Virus record (IMG/VR): IMGVR_UViG_3300035703_000010
Location: 1-64,000 of that record
Direction: 5' to 3' (one strand)
DNA: 64,000 bases
The stretch's first letter is position 1. The number at the start of each line of letters is the position of its first letter. A model generated the notes under the pieces. That model saw nothing but the letters and a program-made list of their open reading frames with translations, was not told where the DNA came from and ran no database searches. Below, piece by piece: positions 8,608-19,306 of this stretch. The position numbers and the translations under genes are program-made.

Positions 8608-9150
8608 ATGTTAACCATGAATCTGGTTAAACAATACTGGAATATGCTTGTAAAGGATCATGCGTGTGATCCCGACCATCATAGAAATATTTTTAATAAT
8701 CATGATAATAAAATCATAGGATTTAATAAGAAAAATAATTCTGAATTTCTTTCTAACTTCTATCCTTCAACAATCTATTTTGAAGGTGACTTATATCCAA
8801 CTGTAGAACATGCATACCAAGCTTCAAAAAGTTTAAATCTTGATACAAGAAGCTTGATCAAAAAAGCAAAATCTCCTTATGAAGCTAAAAAGTTAGGGAA
8901 ATCAGTCATCCTGTATGAGGGTTGGCATGATTTGAAAGTAGACACAATGAGATTTTTAATAAATGAAAAATTTAAAAATCCATTTTTACGATACATGTTG
9001 TTGTTAACAGATGGATATAATCTAATTAACGAAAATAAATGGAATGACAAGTTTTGGGGAATGACAAATGGTATAGGCCAAAATTGGCTTGGAAAGATTT
9101 TAGAGGAGGTGAGAAGTCAAATTATTGCTGAAGATTCTTCTGACGTTTAG
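8608..9150 (+). CDS. NADAR family protein (YbiA-like)
   Basis: FLSNFY, TVEHAYQA.K, A.KLG, KF..P.L...LL.T, ND.FWG, G.N.LG.IL.EVR motifs. Confidence 0.92.
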   Translation: MLTMNLVKQYWNMLVKDHACDPDHHRNIFNNHDNKIIGFNKKNNSEFLSNFYPSTIYFEGDLYPTVEHAYQASKSLNLDTRSLIKKAKSPYEAKKLGKSVILYEGWHDLKVDTMRFLINEKFKNPFLRYMLLLTDGYNLINENKWNDKFWGMTNGIGQNWLGKILEEVRSQIIAEDSSDV

Positions 9151-9164
9151 TTTACGGAGGTAAC

Positions 9165-9542
9165 ATGACTGGATTGAAACAAGCTATAATAGTTAGAAAA
9201 GATTTGAATCTGAACAAGAGACAAGTTGCTAACACAGTTGCGCAAGCTTCGCTAAAATTTATTTTAGAAAACAATGAGGCAGATAGAGGAGGAAAGCTAG
9301 TCGTAAGTTTATCAAGCGATGAAGTAGCATGGTTGACAGGATCTTTTTCTCAAGATATTTTAGAGGTAAAAAATCAAGAACAATTAAATGATATAATGTT
9401 CCGCGCACAAATTTTAGGAATAGAAGCATATCCAGTTTTCGATAAAAAAAATGAAGAATCAGAAGAAACTGTTTGTATTGCGTTAGGTCCTGATGAAGAA
9501 AATGTCATAGACAAGCTTATTCATGGACTAAAACCATTATAA
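9165..9542 (+). CDS. Degenerate peptidyl-tRNA hydrolase 2 (Pth2)-fold protein
   Basis: KQAIIVRKDL, IALGP and IDKLI.GLKPL match Pth2; the GK, AH and DAGxT motifs are altered. SD GGAGGT. Confidence 0.8.
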   Translation: MTGLKQAIIVRKDLNLNKRQVANTVAQASLKFILENNEADRGGKLVVSLSSDEVAWLTGSFSQDILEVKNQEQLNDIMFRAQILGIEAYPVFDKKNEESEETVCIALGPDEENVIDKLIHGLKPL

Positions 9543-9581
9543 GATTTAAACTGTTGTTATATAGTAGATAAAATTACATAA

Positions 9582-10061
9582 ATGAAGAAATGTAAGATAA
9601 CGCTTGATCAAGGAGCGAAGAAAAAATTTTTTTATTTAGCTCCTAATGCAGAATTGTTGTATTTAACGGCGGCTATCTCTACGAATAAAACTATAATAAA
9701 AAACCTTAAATCCAACCCTGATGTAGAAGAAATTTGTCTTGATCAAAACGAATGGATAGAGGCAGAATGGAACGGATGCCAGAACGTTACTGACGATTTT
9801 TCGACAATAAGAATGAATTATGTACGTTTGGTAAAAGTTTCTAAATTAACTTCTAATCAAGAAAATGATGATGCGCTGGTTTCAGTTTATTTCGGATGGA
9901 TGCTTAGAGATCATTTACGCTTTAAGAACCATAAAAAGAATAAACTGTGCGTAAAATTACTTGAATCGACTGATGAACAGTATGATTTTTCTGAGTTATT
10001 TCAAGATAATGAAACAGCTGATGATATAATAAGAAATTCTGAAGTTTCTAATTCTTGCTGA
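9582..10061 (+). CDS. Hypothetical protein
   Basis: 159 aa ORF continuing the + strand trio; no recognisable motif. Confidence 0.6.
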   Translation: MKKCKITLDQGAKKKFFYLAPNAELLYLTAAISTNKTIIKNLKSNPDVEEICLDQNEWIEAEWNGCQNVTDDFSTIRMNYVRLVKVSKLTSNQENDDALVSVYFGWMLRDHLRFKNHKKNKLCVKLLESTDEQYDFSELFQDNETADDIIRNSEVSNSC

Positions 10062-10067
10062 TATAAA

Positions 10068-10550
10068 TTATATCACCATCCATCCTTCTCCGTGCCAGCA
10101 CAATCTGGTAGAACCATAATTCGTAGCTATAGTTTGATAGCTTGCTCCATCTATCAATAATCCACCTTCGGTTGTTATTCTAATTGGAATAACCCCAGAA
10201 GCTCCTGAAAAGTCTTTAACTATTAAAAGTTGACCATGCCTAGAATTATTAGGTAAAACGACGGAAGAATACCCCCTTGAAGGTCTTTCTGCAATGGAGT
10301 ATGAAGTTATTATACTTGCAATTGTAACATTATCATCTATGTTTATTGACCAGGAATTCGAATTACTAATTGTATATTTTTTTTCAGATAAACAAATTTT
10401 TCCTTTTAGTATCATATCGGCTGGTGTTTGTGACAAACCAACTTGAAAACTTGAAGGACTTGCAACTAATTGTATGTTATTAGTAGCGCTATTTCTGACT
10501 AATAAAAAAGCTGATTCATCAATTTTCTTTTTTGTTTCTACTTGTTTCAT
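10068..10550 (-). CDS. Virion accessory protein with fibre-tip-type C-terminal domain
   Basis: VLP....GQLLIVKDFSG.....I.I.....LIDG....I.TNYGS..L.W.G..W pattern common at the C-termini of phage fibre proteins. Confidence 0.6.
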   Translation of the reverse strand: MKQVETKKKIDESAFLLVRNSATNNIQLVASPSSFQVGLSQTPADMILKGKICLSEKKYTISNSNSWSINIDDNVTIASIITSYSIAERPSRGYSSVVLPNNSRHGQLLIVKDFSGASGVIPIRITTEGGLLIDGASYQTIATNYGSTRLCWHGEGWMVI

Positions 10551-10552
10551 GA

Positions 10553-12025
10553 TTAAATAGTTACATTTCCTACATCATCAATTGAAAAGCCTATTAACGT
10601 TAAATTCGACATTAATGGAACGTTAGATCTATTCCTTTGTTGCAAATCAAAGTATGGTAATGAAGAAGTCGCAAATTGACTTAAATTTTGTGACATTGTA
10701 AGTTCAGGATCAGTTATATTTTCATTTTGATCTAAAAACTTTACAGTAATTGGTCCATCCGATATTTGCGTTCGTGATATTAATTCTTCTTTATTTTCTA
10801 ATAACGTTTTTGTATATATCCTTTGTTCCAACATGTCTCTATACTGTCCGTATCTGCCTTGACGATAGTACATTGATGTATAATCTGGTAAGCCATTATA
10901 AATGCCGTATTTCCATCCGCGTATAACAGGTGATGTACACCATATGCTTCCAGTGTAGTTTTCGTATCCTATATAAGCCCCTCCAAGCGGAGGGACTGTT
11001 GTTATTTTGTTCGTCCTAAATTCTGGCCAGTTATTAGTTCCTCTTCTACCATATCCTGTTATGCTAGAAGTTGAAATAAGGCTTCTATCATAAAACGTAG
11101 TTATTGCATCTCCAAATCCGAATAAAATTTTTATTGTGTCTTCAACGTTGCAAGCACCGGTTACATATGTTGAAAATCCTCCTCCTAAACTAACTGTTGA
11201 TCCTAAATTTACGTCAGCACCCCATCTGTGGTAAAAATTTCCGCTAATCGGAGGAGAATAAGAACCTGAAGTAACATTACTTCTAAAAATGTTTTGTGGA
11301 CCGAATGTTCCTATGACTAATCCGCTTTTCTTTCTAGGTATATTAGTATAATAAAAACTAGCAGACGTGAAACCATCTCTAAAAAAAGATCCTATTAATT
11401 TAGTTTCTATGTTAGAAAAATTTTGATATTTTTCTCTCTTTATTGAAGAATATCTTGGTTCAAACGGAAATGTTTTAGTCCAATGTTTGTCAACACCAGG
11501 ATTTATTGAACCTGTTATTCCATTCCAGATTGTTTCTGTTCCCCCTGGTAAGAAACGTATATTATCTTCTGGAACGTAGGTATCAAACATGATAAATGCA
11601 GAACCAAATGTGTCCACGCCTGTATAATCCTTTCTCTGCCCAGGAGTGGAATAAGGATTATTATTCGTTGCAAATACGCTAGCACCATTAATGTTAAAAC
11701 ACTTTAATGGATTTGGTAACGTCGTATCATATATTCTTTCTTCTTGACAAATAAATTTAGCAGCTCTACAATTCCCTGATTTTTCTTTATACGGTTGTAG
11801 TCTATAAGATAATGAAGTGTTAGAATCAAATATTCCAGTACCAGGTTGTTGCGCTTGATTACTGTTTATTGATCCATAAACAACACCCCTGTTGGAATAG
11901 ATGTACTTTTTTATTCCAAATTCTGTCACTTGCTTAAACATTTTTCCCATGACAATTTGGTCATAAGATCCTGAAATATAACATTCTTTATATTCTACTT
12001 CAAATTGATCTAAAACGGTGGTCAT
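10553..12025 (-). CDS. Hypothetical virion (baseplate-region) protein
   Basis: 490 aa; ATGA overlap with the upstream gene; lies in the structural block. Confidence 0.6.
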   Translation of the reverse strand: MTTVLDQFEVEYKECYISGSYDQIVMGKMFKQVTEFGIKKYIYSNRGVVYGSINSNQAQQPGTGIFDSNTSLSYRLQPYKEKSGNCRAAKFICQEERIYDTTLPNPLKCFNINGASVFATNNNPYSTPGQRKDYTGVDTFGSAFIMFDTYVPEDNIRFLPGGTETIWNGITGSINPGVDKHWTKTFPFEPRYSSIKREKYQNFSNIETKLIGSFFRDGFTSASFYYTNIPRKKSGLVIGTFGPQNIFRSNVTSGSYSPPISGNFYHRWGADVNLGSTVSLGGGFSTYVTGACNVEDTIKILFGFGDAITTFYDRSLISTSSITGYGRRGTNNWPEFRTNKITTVPPLGGAYIGYENYTGSIWCTSPVIRGWKYGIYNGLPDYTSMYYRQGRYGQYRDMLEQRIYTKTLLENKEELISRTQISDGPITVKFLDQNENITDPELTMSQNLSQFATSSLPYFDLQQRNRSNVPLMSNLTLIGFSIDDVGNVTI

Positions 12026-14895
12026 TTCTTTGTTTCTCCAATGACAACTTCATGTACTGCGCCTGATGATAAAGGTTGATTCAAAGTATCATGGAATTCG
12101 CTACCATTTGACACTAGACTTCCATATAAAGTTATGTTTATGCTTCCTGTTGAAAATTTAATATCATGTTGTATAGATCCAGAAGTCCAAGGGGAAGAAG
12201 TTAGCGTAGAAAAAAACGCTGGTCTAGATTTGGAAGCTGCTAAAATCAGTCTATCTCCAGGAAGTAAAAGATATGGAGAAGTAAACGATTTACTTCTATT
12301 TACGATAGATGATGCTATTACTACTCCTTTAGCATCGGCATAAGATCCAATAGCATTTTTTATATCAGAAAGAGTAGTGGTCCCTTGGTAAAGGTAAAAT
12401 GGATTATCATAATAATCTAAATTTCCTTGAGTTGTAATGTATTCTTTACCTAATAATGATCTTCCTGAAGGTTCGAATCCAACCCCTCCACGACCAAAAT
12501 TATTTATTGATAAAATTTCCTTATATCTAAATGAAGACAATCCTCCATAAGGATTTGGATTAAAAAAGTATTCTGATCCTTCATACTTCCATGTAGAAGA
12601 ACTAAATAACAAATCTAACTTAGCCTTAGCTAAATTGATGTCATTCCCTCCAGAACCGTTATTATAACCTTCATTAATTAATATTGAATCTCTTATTAAT
12701 GTTCCATTCGATATTTCTGATTTACACTTAAAAACAACACTTCCTGTGTAATAATAATTTCCTCCAACATTTTCTGGAATGATTACAGCTGAAGGCGTTC
12801 CGTACGCATTAAATCCTTGAGGAACCACTTGCCAGACTTGTCCTCCGTTATCAACCCAATTGCTACTTGCTGCATCAATGTCAGGAAAATTAGAAAAAAC
12901 TATTTCAGCTGTATTGTCTAGTTGATGCGTGACAGTTCCACTCAAAATTAAGTCTCTTCTAGTTTTGTTAGGACCAATAAAAACTTGATTGTACAAACAT
13001 ATTGTTAAGCCTGGACCTCCTATATCAAAACAATGATTTAATTCATCTGGAGCATATGGAGAATCATCTGTTAACGGTATAAAACATTTTGTTTTATCGT
13101 TAAACCATCCAGGACCAGCTTCTAAAGGTAATTCAATCACTGCTTTTTCTAATAAAAATGGTTGTTGAATTGGTATGCTTATAGATTCATCTTCTATTGC
13201 TGAATACCGCTGATCTGTTTGTATACTTTTATTATAAGATTTAGTTATTGCCTTAATTTCATTTTGCCTGGTCCAATTTGTGCCGATAAATTCGTCAGTT
13301 CCTAAAGAGCTATAACTTCTCGTATTGCTTCCTGAAGATATATTAAATCCGAAAGCATTAAACCCTCTATCTGTTTCTATAATTCTAACATTTGAAGCAT
13401 CTGCATAAGGATCAGCTATGTCAAATCCTTGCAAAAATGATGATGTCGGATACTGCCATCTTCCGGTTCTTTTGTTAAAATAATATATGCTTGATGATGC
13501 TCCAAACATCGTCGTTTTGTGATCAACTCTATAAGATAATCTAATTTGCGTTTTTGATTTTAGCGGACTGGTAAAACCTTCGCCTACATCTTTTAATGTA
13601 GAACCTACCGTAAAAAATGGATCAATATCTGAACCTGGATCATTTTCAAATAATTTATTTTCAGTAAATGGAGAGATATAACTTTTAGAATTATCTTCTA
13701 GAAAATCTTGTACTAAAGTTTTATTAACAGAACCGGTTGTTATTATATCTTCTGAAAAAAGATTCTGATTTGCTATTTCTGAAAATGATGTTGGAGCATA
13801 GAATCTAGGAAGAGTTGTTGGATAATTTATGTCATTTCTTGTTGTGTAATTAATTGATTTTCTATCGTCGAATGTAGATGAACCGTTTCCAGGTCTAGAA
13901 GAATCTCCTGTTCTAGCGACTGTAGGTAAAGTTATTTTAGAGTCTTTTTCTCTTAATGATAGTCTTGGTAAAATTTTTCTTCTATTTAGGGGTGGTTGAA
14001 ATGTAAAAACAGCTCCTGAATTTGTCTGGCCTGGCCAGTAGTTGTTAACTGTTAAATTTCCGCCATAAGGAACATTTTCATACGTCATTGTAAAGTCATC
14101 TAAAACAGAATCAACATATGACCCAGAAATTGATCCACCTAAAGAATATTTGATACGAGAAGACTGATCATATCCTAACTCATATGAAAAATCACGAAAT
14201 CTATAAGTTCCATTTGGCATAAAAATGCCAATTGTTGCGCTTTCATTTACCGGAAAATCAAAAACAGAAATTTGATTTCTTGGAGCATATCTAAATTCTA
14301 TTTTTCCATTTTCATAAAAAATTATCTCAAATTCTAATCTATTACTTAATCCACCAGCGTTTGTTGAATTCCATCTTACAATTAAACGCCTTCCTTCGAA
14401 GGGCAATATGTCATTACAGTATTGAATCGCAAATTTTCTTGGATTAACTCTTGCTAATGGAGGTTCTATTCCTTTATTATATCCATCAGTTCCTAAGATT
14501 TCTGCGTTGCTAGAATTTGTTAAGTTAGACCACCATACTGCAAAAAAAGCATGGTTTGCTAAGAAAGTAGGTTTAATAATATTTGCATAAGGAGTAGAAC
14601 CTCCTAAAACATCTGAAGCTGTAAACGTTGTAGCAGGATCAACTAAAACTATCCATCCATCGACGCTAACGTTAAACTTTGTATAAGTTATTCCATCAAA
14701 AATAAAAGGAAACCCTATATCTGTATCTCCACTTAACCCCCCGCTTTGTCCAGATTTACCTGCATTTCCTGGTGCTTGTGAAAATCTTTCTTGAGGAACC
14801 TTAGTTAATCCTAAGTTGCTGTCTACTGATAACGTTAGAATATAATTCTCGAATATTCTAGCGGGCGCTTGGCGTAATGATTTTGGAGTTGGCAT
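12022..14895 (-). CDS. Large virion protein with N-terminal nidogen(NIDO)-like domain
   Basis: IGFPFIFDG.TYT.F.VS.DGWI...FAVWW.NL...IVRWN...FEIIFYENGKIEFRY...ATIGI resembles NIDO-like modules of surface proteins. Confidence 0.6.
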   Translation of the reverse strand: MPTPKSLRQAPARIFENYILTLSVDSNLGLTKVPQERFSQAPGNAGKSGQSGGLSGDTDIGFPFIFDGITYTKFNVSVDGWIVLVDPATTFTASDVLGGSTPYANIIKPTFLANHAFFAVWWSNLTNSSNAEILGTDGYNKGIEPPLARVNPRKFAIQYCNDILPFEGRRLIVRWNSTNAGGLSNRLEFEIIFYENGKIEFRYAPRNQISVFDFPVNESATIGIFMPNGTYRFRDFSYELGYDQSSRIKYSLGGSISGSYVDSVLDDFTMTYENVPYGGNLTVNNYWPGQTNSGAVFTFQPPLNRRKILPRLSLREKDSKITLPTVARTGDSSRPGNGSSTFDDRKSINYTTRNDINYPTTLPRFYAPTSFSEIANQNLFSEDIITTGSVNKTLVQDFLEDNSKSYISPFTENKLFENDPGSDIDPFFTVGSTLKDVGEGFTSPLKSKTQIRLSYRVDHKTTMFGASSSIYYFNKRTGRWQYPTSSFLQGFDIADPYADASNVRIIETDRGFNAFGFNISSGSNTRSYSSLGTDEFIGTNWTRQNEIKAITKSYNKSIQTDQRYSAIEDESISIPIQQPFLLEKAVIELPLEAGPGWFNDKTKCFIPLTDDSPYAPDELNHCFDIGGPGLTICLYNQVFIGPNKTRRDLILSGTVTHQLDNTAEIVFSNFPDIDAASSNWVDNGGQVWQVVPQGFNAYGTPSAVIIPENVGGNYYYTGSVVFKCKSEISNGTLIRDSILINEGYNNGSGGNDINLAKAKLDLLFSSSTWKYEGSEYFFNPNPYGGLSSFRYKEILSINNFGRGGVGFEPSGRSLLGKEYITTQGNLDYYDNPFYLYQGTTTLSDIKNAIGSYADAKGVVIASSIVNRSKSFTSPYLLLPGDRLILAASKSRPAFFSTLTSSPWTSGSIQHDIKFSTGSINITLYGSLVSNGSEFHDTLNQPLSSGAVHEVVIGETKK

Positions 14896-15800
14896 CAGTA
14901 ACCTAAGCCTCCATATGCTAGAGAGTCTGTACCCTTTGTTGTAACATCATCGTACATCCATCCGCATCCTGCAGAGATTTCATTTTCAGAAATATAATTT
15001 TCTGTCGACCCAACTAATTTTAAAGCATCATCAAGCATATCTTGTGGAAGGTTTGTTGACAATTGTACTTTGTTTAAAGAATCATTAAAAGGATTTATGT
15101 AAGATTTATCATCATTAAAGTATGCCATTGTGGGAATTTTTTTTACTGTTCCCATCATGTCTATCAAATCTAGCCACGGTTGAATTTTATAGTTTTCTTT
15201 TTTTAATTTTATGTTGCTGATTCTGCTCGTCGACGTCGTTATATCTGAATTTCCATCCATCATCATTCCTTTGATAGAATGAGCTTCGAATGGAACGTCA
15301 ATGCTGTATAAAGCCGCAACAGCTCTTATTGATAGCGGTTCTATTACACCGTTAAAATTATAATTTTCAGTTTCATCGCTATCATGCGTTACTAAAGGGT
15401 AGGTTATTATCTGCTCAAAATTTATATACTTTAATGCGTCGTAATATTCTAACTCTTTAAAATGATTTTGACGTAAGAAATTTCTATCTGCTCCATAGAA
15501 ATTTTTTCTTATAACATGACCAGGTTCACCAGCATGTATTCTAATAGAATTACCAGCATAAAAGTGAGAATATTGTGTTATCTCTACACCTTGCCTAAAC
15601 CCGTCTATTAATTTTGTGTCTATAGATCCGGTGATCAAATATTGATTAGCATTTGAATTTTTTATTCTTTCATTTAAATCTACGCCTGGGCTATCATCAA
15701 AAAATAAAACATCTTTTTTTGGCAAATAATTGTAAAAAAACGCTTCATTTTTTTTAGGTGTTAATAGCTGATTAGCACGATTTAATATTTGCTTTGACAT
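14895..15800 (-). CDS. Hypothetical virion protein
   Basis: 301 aa; abuts the next gene; structural block context. Confidence 0.6.
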   Translation of the reverse strand: MSKQILNRANQLLTPKKNEAFFYNYLPKKDVLFFDDSPGVDLNERIKNSNANQYLITGSIDTKLIDGFRQGVEITQYSHFYAGNSIRIHAGEPGHVIRKNFYGADRNFLRQNHFKELEYYDALKYINFEQIITYPLVTHDSDETENYNFNGVIEPLSIRAVAALYSIDVPFEAHSIKGMMMDGNSDITTSTSRISNIKLKKENYKIQPWLDLIDMMGTVKKIPTMAYFNDDKSYINPFNDSLNKVQLSTNLPQDMLDDALKLVGSTENYISENEISAGCGWMYDDVTTKGTDSLAYGGLGY

Positions 15801-15821
15801 AAGAACTATCTATGAATTTGT

Positions 15822-18800
15822 TCAACTTCCCATCCCGGAATCAAATTGCGTTTTTCTTGAATTGCTTGAAATGAAATAATTGTTAGAAAACTTATATTCA
15901 AATTTATGCCTTTCTAACATATGTGATTCAACCAAAAAGTTTGTTCCCTTAAACACAGTTTTTCTAGGGATTAACTGTTCTATAAAAGAGCTAATAGAAT
16001 TATCGAACCAACTATAAAATTCAAAAAACGCTTTAAAATTAAGTTTGTTTTTTAGTTTATTAAAATAAACCATTCTTAGTTTTTCTAAATCAGGATAATC
16101 TGAAGAAAACATCAATTCTGGATTTCCTAAATAGTTTTGAATGGAATCAAATGTAGAAAACATGTTGATTATGTCTTTATTTAACGCATCAACTAAAGAA
16201 AAATCTATAGAAAATCTTGTGTCATCTATCGGAGATTCTGATCTAACGATTTCATAAACAGGTGCTTTTTGTGACCATTGATTCCTGTTTATGAGCTCTT
16301 CATTTTTATAACCTCTTACTCTTATTTTGTCATTAGTAATCAATTCATCAAAATATGGAGAAAGATGAGAATAACGAATTATTTCAGGAGTTATGCAATT
16401 TCTGTCATTTGGAAATCCGCTTCCTGAAAGATGAGCATTGTTTTCACTAAAATCTATAAATTCTATATTTCCGTTGTTATCTGCTTTTTTAACTTCTTGT
16501 TTAGATAAAGAATCTATTCGAAGTCTTTCAAAAGATCCAGTTAATATCTTTTCATAATTGAAATTTTTTAATGGATCATTCACTCCTAAAGATTGATAAT
16601 TTCTTATGTGTTCTATCCATTCATTTTCTTCAAAAGATTTTGACCAAAATCTCAATTTCATTGCTCTTCCATCAAACGTCGTTTGGCGAGCTGCGTTATC
16701 AAAAACTTTTGTTTCGTTATTTAAAAACCTATATGACGTTGAACTGCCAGCTGAAATTGCCTGATTGGTTCCTAAACAAATGAAAGATCCAGACACGTTC
16801 GTTTGATGAACTAAATCTAATGTTCTAAATACGTTAGAGTTTAGTGGTGAAGAAGATCCAGTTAATTCATAAAAATATGAAGAAGTTGATAACAGATAAC
16901 TTATTTCTCCATCATTTTGTAATCCAACTCTTAAAAAGTATGATGATGATGAAATAGAAGAAAAAGAATCATTTCTTTTGCAACCAAAAGAAACGTTCCA
17001 TACATCTCCCCCGAATATTGCATCTTTCGGAAGGTCTAAAGACATGTTTAAAACTGGAGCATCAAAATCGTTTCCTGGCCTTAAAAACAAAGATACTCTT
17101 GGAGAAGTTTCATCGTAGTATCCTACTAGATTTGCTACTAATCCTGGATTTTGTATTCCAGATCCAGTAACACACAATCTTGCTAAAGATTGTGTCAAAG
17201 AATTTAATTCTACTGTATTCAAATTGTATTTGTAAGAACATTCAAATGTCCATGATCCTGATGTTAGCAAACCATCATTTAGAGAATTTGATATGCCGTG
17301 AGGTGGATACTCTTGTTTGTTTGTAAATGTTCCTTCAGGATATGGATATCCAACTTCAGTTCTAGAACCAGATAAGAAAGCAGACGTAACAAGAGAACCA
17401 GTCGAAAAGCTTACGATTCCTACTACGTCAGTTTTTGATTCTCTTGAATCTGAAATGTTTTTATAATTTGCTCCGCCATATTCTCTAAATCTCATGCTTG
17501 CATCTGGTTCTATTCCAATAGAACGTAAAAATGCTTTGATGCTATGCTGAGTTCCTTTCGAGCGGATAACTGAAGGTAAATTGATTAAAATTCTTCTTAA
17601 AAGTTCATGTTGAACTGATTGCAATGAAAGGTTTTCGTTTCCTTTGACCAAGGGGTCGATGTTTTCAGCAGAAACGTATTGCTCAATTGTTGAAGTCGTA
17701 AAAAGAGGAGGTATAAAAAACCCATAATGTTTTGCGACGTCAAATAAAAGATTATTAGGTATGCTTTTGTTTAAGTCATAATCGACTGTTTTTAAAGAGC
17801 TAAATGCGTCTAAAAACAGTTTTATTTCATCAAAAAACTTTGCCCAAATATAAAGCAAAGAAAGCATAACTTGGACATTGTTTAATTCTCCTTGTCCAGG
17901 TATTCCGTTTCCACCGTATTTTGTTCCATCATTTTGATCTTCAGATATGAAACCTTCAGAAGCGCTTCCTTCCAACAAATAATGCTTAGGAATTAATTTA
18001 GTAATGATATTTGGATTTTCTTCATCATAGCTTGAAGCGCTAGTTAACAATTCCACGTTCAGAGTAATGACATCATCATAAGCAGGAAAAAGAACAGGAG
18101 ATAAACTGTCTTTTTCGTATGTCATATTACTGTCTGCATCATTTTCCGTAGATTGTCTTAAGCTTCCCGTGAAGTTTGAAATGTATGAATGTAATGCATT
18201 TCCAGAGCTATCTAAAACGATTGAATTGACTAAGTCGTTAGTAATAGGAGATAATGGTGGAGGTGGCTCATTAAATTTATAGTACAGTTTTAAGTCTGGT
18301 GATGAATAAATCGATTTTTTAGCATACGATTTTAATTGACCCAGAGTACGAACGGAATGAAAGATTCTAAGCTCATCCATGCTACCAGACAATGTCTGTT
18401 GAGGAGCAATAAAAGATCCTAATACGGTATAACTAGATCCACTTCCTATTAATAGATCCGCATAATTTATGTTTAAGTTATCTATCTTTGTTTGATTCGT
18501 TGATACGGCAGCTAAAGATTCTTGATTGTAAATTTTTAGATTATGAAGACCCGAGTCCCTGTCAAATATAAAACATAAATGATTGAATTTTCCTTTGTCT
18601 ATATTTGTAGAAACAGACATACTGGAAGATCCAGAAAAAACGTCAAAAACAGTTTCTACTATTGATGTCGACACAGTCGGATTCAAACGTATAGAGAACC
18701 CTTGGTTGTCATCAGGATTAATTTTCTGTAATATGATTTGTGTTCCATCGGTAGAAATCTCAGGAATTTTTAATTGCATTTCTATGCTTAAAGAATTGTT

Positions 18801-19304
18801 GTTTCCTGGATTGATTATTGAAGATTTTGCTGATGCATCTGGACTTAGACCAGGGAATAAAGATCCTGGTATGTCTTTTACTTGAATGTACGTTCCGAAG
18901 GAAGGAGATGCTTCTGAAAGTTGCGTTCCTGAAAAATGTAGCTGTCCTTTAAACTTTGGAAATCTATCAAAAACCCATTTATCAAACCCTGTTAAGTCAG
19001 AAAAAAAGTTTTCTATTTCTTCTCTGTTTCCGTCGAATGGATATCCGTTAATAATCTGTTCAAAAGCTAAATTAACTTTAGCTTCTGCGGACATGAAAAA
19101 TGTGTGATTTTCAAATTTTGACCAGTCTACATTTAATTGTTGGGTTGACTTTAAACCTGTTCCTTGTATAGAATACCCAAAAGAATTTTCATTGTTAATG
19201 TTTGAGCCTGAAACGTCTGAAAACGTTAAAGAAATTGATCTTCCGTTTTGAGAAGCTGCTTTTAAAAATGAAGGAATATATTGCGATTGATTGTAATTTG
19301 ACAT
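15822..19304 (-). CDS. Baseplate protein with LamG/concanavalin-like domains and P2 gpI/T4 gp7-like segment
   Basis: FNHLCF..LLIG..SGSMDELRIFHSVR..LYYKFNE..DSSGN LamG pattern; AKHYGF..RRIL.NLP...RSKGT..SIKAFLR.IGI baseplate-wedge pattern. Confidence 0.7.
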   Translation of the reverse strand: MSNYNQSQYIPSFLKAASQNGRSISLTFSDVSGSNINNENSFGYSIQGTGLKSTQQLNVDWSKFENHTFFMSAEAKVNLAFEQIINGYPFDGNREEIENFFSDLTGFDKWVFDRFPKFKGQLHFSGTQLSEASPSFGTYIQVKDIPGSLFPGLSPDASAKSSIINPGNNNSLSIEMQLKIPEISTDGTQIILQKINPDDNQGFSIRLNPTVSTSIVETVFDVFSGSSSMSVSTNIDKGKFNHLCFIFDRDSGLHNLKIYNQESLAAVSTNQTKIDNLNINYADLLIGSGSSYTVLGSFIAPQQTLSGSMDELRIFHSVRTLGQLKSYAKKSIYSSPDLKLYYKFNEPPPPLSPITNDLVNSIVLDSSGNALHSYISNFTGSLRQSTENDADSNMTYEKDSLSPVLFPAYDDVITLNVELLTSASSYDEENPNIITKLIPKHYLLEGSASEGFISEDQNDGTKYGGNGIPGQGELNNVQVMLSLLYIWAKFFDEIKLFLDAFSSLKTVDYDLNKSIPNNLLFDVAKHYGFFIPPLFTTSTIEQYVSAENIDPLVKGNENLSLQSVQHELLRRILINLPSVIRSKGTQHSIKAFLRSIGIEPDASMRFREYGGANYKNISDSRESKTDVVGIVSFSTGSLVTSAFLSGSRTEVGYPYPEGTFTNKQEYPPHGISNSLNDGLLTSGSWTFECSYKYNLNTVELNSLTQSLARLCVTGSGIQNPGLVANLVGYYDETSPRVSLFLRPGNDFDAPVLNMSLDLPKDAIFGGDVWNVSFGCKRNDSFSSISSSSYFLRVGLQNDGEISYLLSTSSYFYELTGSSSPLNSNVFRTLDLVHQTNVSGSFICLGTNQAISAGSSTSYRFLNNETKVFDNAARQTTFDGRAMKLRFWSKSFEENEWIEHIRNYQSLGVNDPLKNFNYEKILTGSFERLRIDSLSKQEVKKADNNGNIEFIDFSENNAHLSGSGFPNDRNCITPEIIRYSHLSPYFDELITNDKIRVRGYKNEELINRNQWSQKAPVYEIVRSESPIDDTRFSIDFSLVDALNKDIINMFSTFDSIQNYLGNPELMFSSDYPDLEKLRMVYFNKLKNKLNFKAFFEFYSWFDNSISSFIEQLIPRKTVFKGTNFLVESHMLERHKFEYKFSNNYFISSNSRKTQFDSGMGS

Positions 19305-19306
19305 TT

